DNA of 64,000 nt from a virus: IMG/VR virus record IMGVR_UViG_3300020048_000048, positions 32,001 to 96,000 of that record; one strand, 5' to 3'. The translations under genes were made by a program, and so were the position numbers. Numbering within the stretch: the stretch's first letter is position 1; each line of letters starts with the position of its first letter. Under the pieces are notes generated by a model. It saw nothing but the letters and a program-made list of their open reading frames with translations, was not told where the DNA came from and searched no databases. Below are positions 19,815 through 28,625 of this stretch, piece by piece.

Positions 19815-19970
19815 ATGGAAGATCAAGATTTAAAAGATATTGAACAATTAGTTCAAGCTATTAAAGAACAAACCAAGCTTTTAAAACAAGCTATGGAAGA
19901 TTTAGGTGGAAGGGTTGATTTATTGGAAAACAGTTTCTTTTATACTCCAGTAAGGGGGAAGTTTCAATGA
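19815..19970 (+). CDS. Small hypothetical protein (51 aa)
   Basis: MEDQDLKDIEQLVQAIKEQ...; fills gap after portal. Confidence 0.5.
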   Translation: MEDQDLKDIEQLVQAIKEQTKLLKQAMEDLGGRVDLLENSFFYTPVRGKFQ

Positions 19971-20134
19971 CAGTTCAAGAGATTAAAAAAGAACTTTCAA
20001 ACATTTTATTTCAAATTCAATGTTGGCAAAGTTTTTTAGTAGTTGTGTATAAGAAGATTATTAAGATGGAAGAAACGTCAAAATGTGTCCATGGGTATGA
20101 AATTTTTAAAGAGGAAAGGAAGAATGAAATTAAA
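19967..20134 (+). CDS. Small hypothetical protein (55 aa)
   Basis: ATGA overlap; MTVQEIKKELSNIL... Confidence 0.45.
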
Positions 20135-20519
20135 TAATCCAATTAAAAATTGTCCGAATTGTAAAGATACTGGAGATATTAGTTTTGGATGTAGTTCTAA
20201 ACAATGCCCTTGGTATATTGGAGACCAAAACTCTAAAAATTGTTTCCATTTATTGGACGACAGAAAGTTTTCATTAGGTGATATTTCAATTTATTTAAAT
20301 ATTCCTGTTGCAGAAGTTAAAGCTTTATTAGCCTCTAGCATTATAAAAATGCAAGAATACGCTGAAGTTTTTGACCTAAATGAAGAGATTTTTCAAGAAG
20401 ATATTCCTGTAGTAACTCAACATCGAATCTTCTATCAAGATAATTCAGTGGGTAAAATTAGTTGCTTATACTGGAATCATGGTATTAAAAATCAAAGAAA
20501 AAACATTTTAAAATCTTAA
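20124..20519 (+). CDS. Cys-rich protein with sigma-70 region-4-like HTH
   Basis: CPNC..C..CPWYI..NC then FSLGDISIYLNIPVAEVKALLASSIIKM; AAGGA SD before 20124. Confidence 0.55.
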   Translation: MKLNNPIKNCPNCKDTGDISFGCSSKQCPWYIGDQNSKNCFHLLDDRKFSLGDISIYLNIPVAEVKALLASSIIKMQEYAEVFDLNEEIFQEDIPVVTQHRIFYQDNSVGKISCLYWNHGIKNQRKNILKS

Positions 20520-21592
20520 TTCTCTTCTATTTTTAATTCTTCTCCGACTTCTAAAGATGTTAAGCTTCCGTATTTGTCACACTTAAACCCATTAGGGACA
20601 TATACTAAAGCGCACCTACAGTTAAAATGTCTTGGAGGAATACTGTTTTGCCAATCTTTTCTTTTTTTGTCTAAATTAAAACCTGATGGTTTTAAGTCTT
20701 TGAGGTAAAAATACTTAAGTTTATTACTCCCATCTCTTGACCAATCCTTGCATTCTTTAGAAACACGGTGATCATCTATATTTACAATGCACACAACAAC
20801 CTGTTTTTCTTTTTGTATTTCATTTATAGTATTCACTGTTGCTTCATGTCTTATTTTTTGGCTTTCAGTTCTTATTATCCTATCGTAATCTACAGAATAA
20901 TCTTTTATAACATCTTTCATAATTTGTTTAGCTTTTGTTGTAGAAGTTCGTCTTTCAAAAGCTCCATTAAGAGCGTCTTTAATAATCTCTCTTCTTTTTT
21001 CAGTAGTATTAACTTGTTTTTGAAGAGTAGACCTATCTTCATCTAATAATCTTTGCAATGATGAGTTGTTTGTATTGTTAATTTGTTCAGTTAGTGATTG
21101 TATAATATCATTTTTCATATCAACAATTTTTTTATCAACTTCATTTCCTGCTTTTTGTAGAGAAATTGCAATCATTTTATTTCTGTATTCAGATATTGGT
21201 AATGGAATTTTCCCTAATGAAAGAGCTTCTTTAAAACTATCACGTTGATAATTTGTTGAATTGTTATATATATGATAAAAAGAACTTGTCCTATTTAAAC
21301 CAGTGATGCCAAATTGATCCAATTCTTCTTGGTCGAAAAACCCAAGCATTACCTTTTTTAACACTTCCATATAATCATCAATAATAGTTTGAACACCTTT
21401 AAATTTATAAATCCTTTCCATTTGTCGGTTAATTTTTTCAATATCAATGGGTTTTTCAGATTTTTTTACAATTTTTTTATTAACCAGATGGTCAATTATT
21501 TTATCTAACATTATTTCAAGAATAATTTCAACGTTTTCATTAATCTTAGTTTCCATATCATTCAACTTGTCTTCAAAGTCAAAAATATCCAT
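20516..21592 (-). CDS. Head morphogenesis protein (Mu gpF/SPP1 gp7-like)
   Basis: RIIRTE, DHRVSKEC, PPRHFNCRC. Confidence 0.8.
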   Translation of the reverse strand: MDIFDFEDKLNDMETKINENVEIILEIMLDKIIDHLVNKKIVKKSEKPIDIEKINRQMERIYKFKGVQTIIDDYMEVLKKVMLGFFDQEELDQFGITGLNRTSSFYHIYNNSTNYQRDSFKEALSLGKIPLPISEYRNKMIAISLQKAGNEVDKKIVDMKNDIIQSLTEQINNTNNSSLQRLLDEDRSTLQKQVNTTEKRREIIKDALNGAFERRTSTTKAKQIMKDVIKDYSVDYDRIIRTESQKIRHEATVNTINEIQKEKQVVVCIVNIDDHRVSKECKDWSRDGSNKLKYFYLKDLKPSGFNLDKKRKDWQNSIPPRHFNCRCALVYVPNGFKCDKYGSLTSLEVGEELKIEEN

Positions 21593-21613
21593 TTTTCACT
21601 TCTCCTATTTGAT

Positions 21614-21621
21614 TTATTTTA
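21614..21621 (-). promoter_or_regulatory. Putative late promoter TAAAATAA
   Basis: ~22 nt upstream of ATG 21592. Confidence 0.6.
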
Positions 21622-21637
21622 AAGTTTTGTGAGATTT

Positions 21638-22156
21638 TTAATCTGGAACTCTAATTTCATCAATTAACCCAAATTCTAATGCCTCTTGTGCGTCAAAAAA
21701 TCTGTCTTTGTATGTAATTAACTTGAGAATTTCTTTTTCTTCAAGCTTTGTAAATCTTTGTAAGTCTTTTACAAATTGAATCCGAGCTTTTTCCCAATAC
21801 CTTACAGTGTCCATTGCGAGTTCGTAACTTAATTGACCATTTAGTCCACATTGTAGATCATGTAACATAATTAAGCTTCTTGGTGACATAATTCTATAAT
21901 CACCAGCAATCAAAATAAACGCTCCACTACTTAAAGCGTTTGAAGCTGTTGTTGTCCATATTTGGCTTTGAGGGTTTCTTATTTTAAAATCTTCCATATA
22001 ATCTAATAACATGAATGCTGAAGAAATATCTCCACCAGAGGAGTTAATGTTTATTTGAAGGATGCTTGCACTAAGGTCTTTTATAATGTCACAAGCTTCT
22101 TTAATATGTTGAAAGTCAAACTCATTAACTTCTAAAATTCCTTTATCTGTTTTCAT
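21638..22156 (-). CDS. ClpP-like serine protease
   Basis: ININSSGGD, ALSSG (Ser), IMLHD (His), DRFFDAQEALEFGLIDEI. Confidence 0.85.
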   Translation of the reverse strand: MKTDKGILEVNEFDFQHIKEACDIIKDLSASILQININSSGGDISSAFMLLDYMEDFKIRNPQSQIWTTTASNALSSGAFILIAGDYRIMSPRSLIMLHDLQCGLNGQLSYELAMDTVRYWEKARIQFVKDLQRFTKLEEKEILKLITYKDRFFDAQEALEFGLIDEIRVPD

Positions 22157-22830
22157 AACAACTCCTCCAGTACGATGTATCCATTAAATCTTAAACTAAT
22201 GGGTTCATTTGGCATTAACATTTTTAAAGAACCGTCACTAATTACAGACTCAACTTCAACTTCTTGATCTCCTTCAAAAATGTGAGTTAAGATCCTGTTC
22301 GTTCTAAACCAATGTTCAAATGTGATAGAAACTTGAGAATTAATATCATCTATCCAATCTTCGCTTTCAAAATGAAAAATTTGATTCATTCTGGTTTTAA
22401 TTTTGTTAAAAATTAACTCAGAAATTCCTTCTGTAAAAGCTGTCTCTAATTGTGTAATGAATATTTCTCCTGTTTTTTCAACAGTTATTTTGCAATTGTT
22501 TTTAATATTGTCATCGTTATTAAATAAAGAACTTCTTGTCCATTCGGACGTTTTTATTTCGTATATTCCATTTAATACGCCTTTATTAATAACTAATATA
22601 GATTCTCCAACTTGAGGAGTAAATGTGTCAATTTCGTAAATTCCAAATAAAGGTAAGTCATCATATAAGACGTAATCAGTAGTTTGTTCTGATGTTACGT
22701 TTGCGGTAATTGAGCCTTGATTGGAAACGTTAAAGTCAATAGTTTTACCATCTTTAAAAATAGCGTTGAGTGCTAAAATTAAAGCTTGTTGTCCAAATGA
22801 TTCCCAAGAACCGCTCATAAAACACCTCAA
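22153..22830 (-). CDS. Fibre-related virion protein
   Basis: Divergent copy of the GDRVLV..NGIY..WTRS module and C-terminal domain of 5971..8058. Confidence 0.6.
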   Translation of the reverse strand: MRCFMSGSWESFGQQALILALNAIFKDGKTIDFNVSNQGSITANVTSEQTTDYVLYDDLPLFGIYEIDTFTPQVGESILVINKGVLNGIYEIKTSEWTRSSLFNNDDNIKNNCKITVEKTGEIFITQLETAFTEGISELIFNKIKTRMNQIFHFESEDWIDDINSQVSITFEHWFRTNRILTHIFEGDQEVEVESVISDGSLKMLMPNEPISLRFNGYIVLEELL

Positions 22831-23198
22831 CTGTTATAAAACATTTTCACTTTGCCAATGGTTGGTAATACTTCATATTTTAAAATAATTTTAGTCCCAG
22901 CCACGAGACTTTGTGTAGGAAGGGAGTCCCCATCGTAAGAAAAGGCTTCACCCACGTTGATTTTTGTCATAAGGATTTTTTCAGGTTCAGGTCTTGCATA
23001 GTCACTGGCTTTGTAACTTTCCACAATCCCAATTCTTTGATGAATGTGGTTTAATCTTGGAATCTCCAAGAAAACCGTTATTTCTTGGTCGGTTTCATTC
23101 TTAATTGACCATGCTTTTGCGGTCGTCTGAAGAACTGTTAGTAAATTCTCCACATCCTGAAGGTCAGCCACAAACTTGTTTACAAAAAATGTTTTCAT
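22827..23198 (-). CDS. Hypothetical virion protein
   Basis: Late operon; GAGGT SD. Confidence 0.6.
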   Translation of the reverse strand: MKTFFVNKFVADLQDVENLLTVLQTTAKAWSIKNETDQEITVFLEIPRLNHIHQRIGIVESYKASDYARPEPEKILMTKINVGEAFSYDGDSLPTQSLVAGTKIILKYEVLPTIGKVKMFYNS

Positions 23199-23202
23199 AC
23201 AA

Positions 23203-23979
23203 TTACCTCACTGCTTTATTAAAATCGTCCATGTAGAAGTATTCTCCACATGACGAACAAGTATTTATTAAATTATCAACATCCATTGTGGTACTTTTTC
23301 CACAAGTTCCACAACAAACGTTCATTTTATTATTTTTTATTGATTTTTCAACTTTTAAACTAAAAACCTTAGAATCAATTTCGGATTTTAATTTCTTAAT
23401 CTGAATATCTAAACTTTCATTAAGAATTTTTACCTGAGTTTCATAATCCATGTGCTTAATAACCTCCTTTAAGGTTTTTTGATTTTTGCTTTTTGTTACT
23501 TTCATTTGTTTTGGTTTTACAAGGCAATATTTATTTACTGGACGAACAGTTAATGCAACTGATAAAACTTCCATGTGTTTTAGCAATTGTTTAACACTTT
23601 GCCCATTGAATGTTGTATTTTTCACATGAACTGCATATCCATCAATTGAACACCTCATTTGCATCTTGTGCTGAGGATTTTGTTCAATAAATGTCATTAG
23701 TTCTTGAACTGATTGTCCATCCTGATGATCTAACAATTTACCTTCAAAGTATAAAAAAGGAGCATTACATGTATTCCATAATTCTAATTGTTCTGGAGTT
23801 GAACATTCATCGGAGGAGAATATTTTTTTAGAAAAAGTAATAGCACCAACTACTCGTTTTATTGAGTAAGCGTGTTCATCAATAATTGAAGTAAAGTTAT
23901 TTGTATTCAAAGACTCAAGGTCTATAACCTCACTTGTAATATCGATTTTTTCACATGTTGCAATTCCGTAAACGTCCAT
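23203..23979 (-). CDS. Prohead maturation protease (HK97-like) with C-terminal Zn ribbon
   Basis: GIAT.EKID..SEVID, EH, SIDG, VALTVRPVN; CGTC..CSSC. Confidence 0.7.
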   Translation of the reverse strand: MDVYGIATCEKIDITSEVIDLESLNTNNFTSIIDEHAYSIKRVVGAITFSKKIFSSDECSTPEQLELWNTCNAPFLYFEGKLLDHQDGQSVQELMTFIEQNPQHKMQMRCSIDGYAVHVKNTTFNGQSVKQLLKHMEVLSVALTVRPVNKYCLVKPKQMKVTKSKNQKTLKEVIKHMDYETQVKILNESLDIQIKKLKSEIDSKVFSLKVEKSIKNNKMNVCCGTCGKSTTMDVDNLINTCSSCGEYFYMDDFNKAVR

Positions 23980-23999
23980 TTTAAAAGCCTCCGTTTGGT

Positions 24000-24007
24000 T
24001 TATTTTA
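24000..24007 (-). promoter_or_regulatory. Putative late promoter TAAAATAA
   Basis: ~21 nt upstream of protease ATG. Confidence 0.6.
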
Positions 24008-24025
24008 AAGTTTTTTAAAAAATGT

Positions 24026-24053
24026 TAAAGTTTTAAATAAAAGTTCCGTTAAG
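24026..24053 (+). promoter_or_regulatory. Sigma-28-like promoter
   Basis: TAAAG-N15-CCGTTAAG. Confidence 0.8.
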
Positions 24054-24305
24054 AATAATGAGTGGGTTCCCTCACTCTTAATTTTGAAAGGAGTTTTTTA
24101 TGCGGACGATTGTAAAGATTTTAATAGATTGTCTGTATATAAGTAATTTAAGGAATACTTTTTTACTTTAAATACAGGTTATAATGGCTTTTTTAAATGG
24201 ACTAAGGATAGACTTGAAGACTTTTGCAATAATGTAGATTTCTTGGAGTTAATTTCTTACACCCAATATAATCAAGCAGATAGACTGCTTAAAAGAGAGG
24301 TAATT

Positions 24306-24824
24306 ATGTTAATTGGTATTAATGGTTATCAGAGAGTTGGCAAGGATACGTTTTTATTACTTGCAAATAAACTGTCCTGTGGAAAATTTGGGAGGGTTGG
24401 TTTGGCTGACCCTTTGAGAGCTTTTAGTTACGCTGTATTTGGTGAATATGGTGATGAAATGAAAGAGATTGTTAATGACCAGTTAGGATTTTCACCAAGA
24501 ATCTTAATGCAAAAATGTGGGACTGAGTTTATGAGAAACACATTTGGTGATGATATTTGGCTCAGAATTGCTAAAAACAAAATTGACCAAATCAATAATG
24601 ATGGGAAAATTCCCGTTATAACTGATGTAAGATTTAGCAATGAAGCAGAATTTGTAAAGAATCAGGGTGGCATTGTTATTCAAATTAAAAGAAATGGGTT
24701 TGGAGGATCTGGACATGCGTCTGAAAAGGGGATTGATGATAAGTTAGTTGATTTTATTATTGAAAATAACGGGACTATGCAAGATTACGAAAGAAGTATT
24801 AATAATTTTCTAATAAATCTTTAA
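24306..24824 (+). CDS. Deoxynucleoside monophosphate kinase
   Basis: IGINGYQRVGKDT, LADPLR, PRILMQKCGTE, ITDVRFSNE, HASE; start revised to 24306. Confidence 0.9.
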   Translation: MLIGINGYQRVGKDTFLLLANKLSCGKFGRVGLADPLRAFSYAVFGEYGDEMKEIVNDQLGFSPRILMQKCGTEFMRNTFGDDIWLRIAKNKIDQINNDGKIPVITDVRFSNEAEFVKNQGGIVIQIKRNGFGGSGHASEKGIDDKLVDFIIENNGTMQDYERSINNFLINL

Positions 24825-25353
24825 TATAGGTATAATTTTTAGGCTTTTCCTTAGTTAACAGATAAATTCCATATAAAAGAATGCCTACCGAATCAACAAT
24901 ATCTGACGGCAATTGTTTCTTTCCTAATTTTTCAGGAAATTGAATCCCCCAATCCTTATCTAAAGCTTCTTGGATGAATTTTTTATTAGCTTTAGTTTTC
25001 CAAAGTTCCTTTTGCTCTTTAGTTGGTGTGGATCTTGTCGAAATGTATTTTTTCCATTCTGAGGGAGAACATTCAAGGATGGTTGTATTACTTGTGTGGC
25101 AAATCATTTGTGTAATACCTCTTAATACAAAATTAACATCAACGCCTTGGCAAAATTTTCCACTGGTAAAAAAAGACTCCTGAATTATTGCGTCTGGAGT
25201 AAAAAGCATTATTTTTGCAATCAGTTGGTCGTACCACTTTTTGTAAACTTCTCCTTTTTCACCTTCTAATAAAATTAAACTACTTGTTATTTTTCCATCG
25301 TTGTAAAAGCTTATACCCGTTGATTTTGAAGGATCGATTGCAATCAGACGCAT
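24799..25353 (-). CDS. RuvC-like Holliday junction resolvase
   Basis: IAIDPS, IIQE, PSEWKK, DIVDSVGI. Confidence 0.75.
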   Translation of the reverse strand: MRLIAIDPSKSTGISFYNDGKITSSLILLEGEKGEVYKKWYDQLIAKIMLFTPDAIIQESFFTSGKFCQGVDVNFVLRGITQMICHTSNTTILECSPSEWKKYISTRSTPTKEQKELWKTKANKKFIQEALDKDWGIQFPEKLGKKQLPSDIVDSVGILLYGIYLLTKEKPKNYTYIKDLLENY

Positions 25354-25376
25354 AAAAAATCTCCTTTTTTGTTGAA

Positions 25377-25410
25377 ATATTTTAAAGTTATTTTTAAAAG
25401 TTCCGTTAAG
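25377..25410. promoter_or_regulatory. Overlapping divergent late-type (-) and sigma-28-like (+) promoters
   Basis: ATATTTTA 25377-84 overlaps TAAAG-N15-CCGTTAAG 25383-25410. Confidence 0.7.
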
Positions 25411-25438
25411 TAATTATAATTTGAAAGGAGGATTTTGA

Positions 25439-26575
25439 ATGAGTTTTCAATCATTTGCAAAAAATATGAAGCAAAATATAGCTTCTTATGCAGTAAAGCA
25501 ACAAGTGGAACAATTTGTAAGAACAAATGAACCATCGTTAGATTGGATTTTAGGTGGTGGTTTTAATATTCATAAAATCAATGTATTGTCTGGACCAACG
25601 GGAGTTGGAAAAAGTTTTGTTGCAATTAAAACAGCAATGGAATTGTTAAAAAATGAGCCAGATGATGTTGGCGTTCTTTTGTTGGACAGTGAATATTATT
25701 ACCACAATCAGCCAGAAAGGTTAAAACGATTAGAAAGAATGGGTGTTGACCTGAATCGTTTAATGATTATTTCGGAAAACCGAATTGATCAAGCGTTTGA
25801 GGTTTTAAAAGAAGTAGAAAATAGTAATTCAAAGGGTAATCGTGCTATTTGTGCAATTATTATTGACAGTATTAATGGTTTTGAAGAACCAACTGCATCT
25901 GCAAAGGCATTAAATGGAGAGTTGTCAAAATCGGCAAACACGTTTAGTGGACTAAGTAAAATTTTAAAAAACCTTGCAAAAATTCTTACAGGGATTTCTG
26001 CAAGAGGTGGAATTACCACGTTTCTTGTTGCACATTGTTACTTAGATCAAACTTATATTGGAGCTGGTAAAAAATACATTGTATCAGGAGGAGACCAGTT
26101 TAAATATTTTGCAGATAACATTTTGTTAATGACAAATGTTGAACGTAAGGATGCAAAAATTGGATTCTCTGGAGAGACTTTGGATAAGGACAAAGAGAAA
26201 GGAAGTGACCTAATCTTTCAAGGGAAAACCATCAGAGTACAGGCTCAAAAGTCAAGAAATGTGGTTGAAGGTCGTAAGTGTGATGTTAAGATTAACTTCA
26301 CCACTGCTGAATTTATTGATAAGGAAAGTTCTCTTTTTTATCTTGCTTTAAATCTTGAGGTAATTAAGAAAAAGTCAACACAAATTTATTTTGTTCCAAA
26401 AGGTGATAATGCCACATTGGAATTAAAAGCAACTGATTCAATAAAAGCTTTAAGAGATAATGAAGATTTGTTTAAATATGTTTTAAACAAGTGTATGTCG
26501 ATAACTCAAAGAGATGCAATTGATGTTAGTCTTGGGTCTGATGATATTATCGAAGAATTAACAGAGGAGGCTTAA
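25439..26575 (+). CDS. recA: RecA/UvsX recombinase
   Basis: SLDWILGGG, GPTGVGKS, LDSE, IIIDS, SGG..KYFAD, QKSR. Confidence 0.85.
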   Translation: MSFQSFAKNMKQNIASYAVKQQVEQFVRTNEPSLDWILGGGFNIHKINVLSGPTGVGKSFVAIKTAMELLKNEPDDVGVLLLDSEYYYHNQPERLKRLERMGVDLNRLMIISENRIDQAFEVLKEVENSNSKGNRAICAIIIDSINGFEEPTASAKALNGELSKSANTFSGLSKILKNLAKILTGISARGGITTFLVAHCYLDQTYIGAGKKYIVSGGDQFKYFADNILLMTNVERKDAKIGFSGETLDKDKEKGSDLIFQGKTIRVQAQKSRNVVEGRKCDVKINFTTAEFIDKESSLFYLALNLEVIKKKSTQIYFVPKGDNATLELKATDSIKALRDNEDLFKYVLNKCMSITQRDAIDVSLGSDDIIEELTEEA

Positions 26576-26576
26576 A

Positions 26577-27143
26577 ATGCAAGCTGATGATTTTCTAAAC
26601 GGACTTAATGATGATGTAAAACCTGTTAAAAAAGAGAGTATGTCTCTTACAATTGAACATGAATATTTAAATTTACCAGAGTTAAAAGTTCAATTTTCTC
26701 AAATTCAAAAAAAACTTGCACCGTATATGAATGTTACAACGCAACAGCACACAGTAACTTCTGAAAACGCTGGGATTGTCCTTTCTACTTTATCAGAAGG
26801 TTTTTTAGAGGTTGTAAAATATTTATCTCTATCAAATAATCAATTATCGTCTTTGGAAGTTGAAAAGAAAAGAATTGAGGCAAAAGTTGCCATTGAAGAT
26901 TACAGTGTTTATATAAAAGAAACGGCACAAAAAGGAACTGAAGAGTTTCGTAAAAGTTATGTAAATATGCATCCTGAGGTTGTTGACATTAGATTACGAT
27001 GTGCATTCGCCGAATCTATTAAAATAGAGCTTGACAATTATAAATCATGCTTGTTTATGTCACTATCGTCTGTAAAAGCTATAGCATTTTCGCAAAGAAG
27101 CAGTGATATGTTGAGTGGTGGGTTTAGTGGTGTTTTTAGTTAA
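26577..27143 (+). CDS. Possible UvsY-like recombination mediator
   Basis: Helical; KGTEEFRKSYVNMHPEV pattern; follows recA. Confidence 0.5.
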   Translation: MQADDFLNGLNDDVKPVKKESMSLTIEHEYLNLPELKVQFSQIQKKLAPYMNVTTQQHTVTSENAGIVLSTLSEGFLEVVKYLSLSNNQLSSLEVEKKRIEAKVAIEDYSVYIKETAQKGTEEFRKSYVNMHPEVVDIRLRCAFAESIKIELDNYKSCLFMSLSSVKAIAFSQRSSDMLSGGFSGVFS

Positions 27144-27150
27144 ATAAAAT

Positions 27151-27178
27151 TAAAGTTTTTTTTATTTATTCCGTTAAG
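27151..27178 (+). promoter_or_regulatory. Sigma-28-like promoter
   Basis: TAAAG-N15-CCGTTAAG. Confidence 0.8.
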
Positions 27179-27204
27179 TAATGTAAGGCAGAAAGGTAGG
27201 TGTT

Positions 27205-27576
27205 ATGGAAATACATGTTTGGGCTTATAATAAAGCTCCAAAAGATAGTATAAAACTGGTTAATCCATTTAAAAAGCCAGTTTTAAGAAATGAATTTTTA
27301 AAGACGTTCGTTCTATGGATGAATGAACATGATGCAAGGTTGAAAGCAATTTCTCATTTTGATTTAATACCTCTACAACCAACTGTAGAGAGAAGTATTT
27401 TTTGGGAAATTCTTTTTTCTCAAGATATTTTTTTTCTTATGATGTTGTTTAAGAACACATCTAAAGCGAATAAGAAAATTAATATCGCCATGGTTACTGA
27501 TGAAGAAGTTATGAAGCTACTTGAATTAAATATGCTTCGTTTTAATATAAAAGTAATGAAAGGACAAAAAGTATGA
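27205..27576 (+). CDS. Hypothetical protein
   Basis: ORF after promoter motif. Confidence 0.65.
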   Translation: MEIHVWAYNKAPKDSIKLVNPFKKPVLRNEFLKTFVLWMNEHDARLKAISHFDLIPLQPTVERSIFWEILFSQDIFFLMMLFKNTSKANKKINIAMVTDEEVMKLLELNMLRFNIKVMKGQKV

Positions 27577-28625
27577 GTTTTTTGGAACAAGCGTCTGCGA
27601 ATTTAGCCCCTGTTGAAATTGATAGTTTATTCTTTGAGAACATTCCTCAAGGAACAACAATTTTAAAATTATTCCCATTGCCTTTGATGAACGAGTATGG
27701 GCAATACTTGTCATTCTTAAATATCACAACATTCCCGTTTAAAAACAAAATGAAAGACGGTAGCGAGAAAGTTTTCTACCGATACGCAAAAAAAGATGAC
27801 CCAGTATTAGGCATTCATGATGGGTATATGGAAAAAATAAAACATCTTCCAACTGAAGAAAAAAAGGTTGAAAAGGAAAAGGTTAAAGAACTTTTTGCAC
27901 CAAGGTTTAGAATTATATGTTTGGCGTATAATTATACGTCAAAAAAACTTTCCCTTGTTGAAATGCCTTACACTCTTCGTAAAGATATTTACGGTGAAAA
28001 CGGCGTTGCAACTAAAAATAGGAATGTATTAAATCCACACTCAGAAAGTGGATGGATTGCTATTACTAAAACAGGTGAAAGATTTGAGACAAAATATCAT
28101 ATAGAAATTGCTCATGTGCAAAAACAAATAAAAACTGAAAGTGGAGAAATTGTTGAAGCTAAAGTTGAATTAAAAGAAAAAATTCCAGATTCAATTTTAA
28201 ATCAACCATTAGAGTTTTTTCCAAATCCAGAAAAAAAGCTTGAGAGGCTTTATTGGTCTCTTGAAATGATACAAGAACATATTAAGAGTAAGTTTAGGCT
28301 AACAAGGAATGGTATTTTGGAAAAATTAGGGATAAAAGAGGAAGATTCTAAACCAGTTGTGGAAGAATTGAAACAAGAAGTTGTTGCGCCTACAGTTCCA
28401 GTTGCAGAAGTTGTTCAGCCAGTAATTTCTCAACCAGTTGTTGCACCTACAATTCCAGTTGCAGAAGTTGTTGTGCAACCTGTAGTACAACCTGTAACAC
28501 CTCAGTCCGAAGTTGTGGTTGTAACTTCAACAATTCAACCAGTGGCTCCACCAGTTGAACAAAAAACAGAAGCACCAAAGTTTACTTCTGTTTCGGCTGA
28601 TGATTTTCTTAATGATTTAACTTAA
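27573..28625 (+). CDS. gp32-like ssDNA-binding protein
   Basis: ITKTGERFETKY, Pro/Val linker, acidic tail ADDFLNDLT. Confidence 0.6.
   Translation: MSFLEQASANLAPVEIDSLFFENIPQGTTILKLFPLPLMNEYGQYLSFLNITTFPFKNKMKDGSEKVFYRYAKKDDPVLGIHDGYMEKIKHLPTEEKKVEKEKVKELFAPRFRIICLAYNYTSKKLSLVEMPYTLRKDIYGENGVATKNRNVLNPHSESGWIAITKTGERFETKYHIEIAHVQKQIKTESGEIVEAKVELKEKIPDSILNQPLEFFPNPEKKLERLYWSLEMIQEHIKSKFRLTRNGILEKLGIKEEDSKPVVEELKQEVVAPTVPVAEVVQPVISQPVVAPTIPVAEVVVQPVVQPVTPQSEVVVVTSTIQPVAPPVEQKTEAPKFTSVSADDFLNDLT

Noticed and set aside
21620-21640. TAAAGTTTT as a further sigma-28-like promoter
   Set aside because: No CCG-type -10 element at the expected spacing
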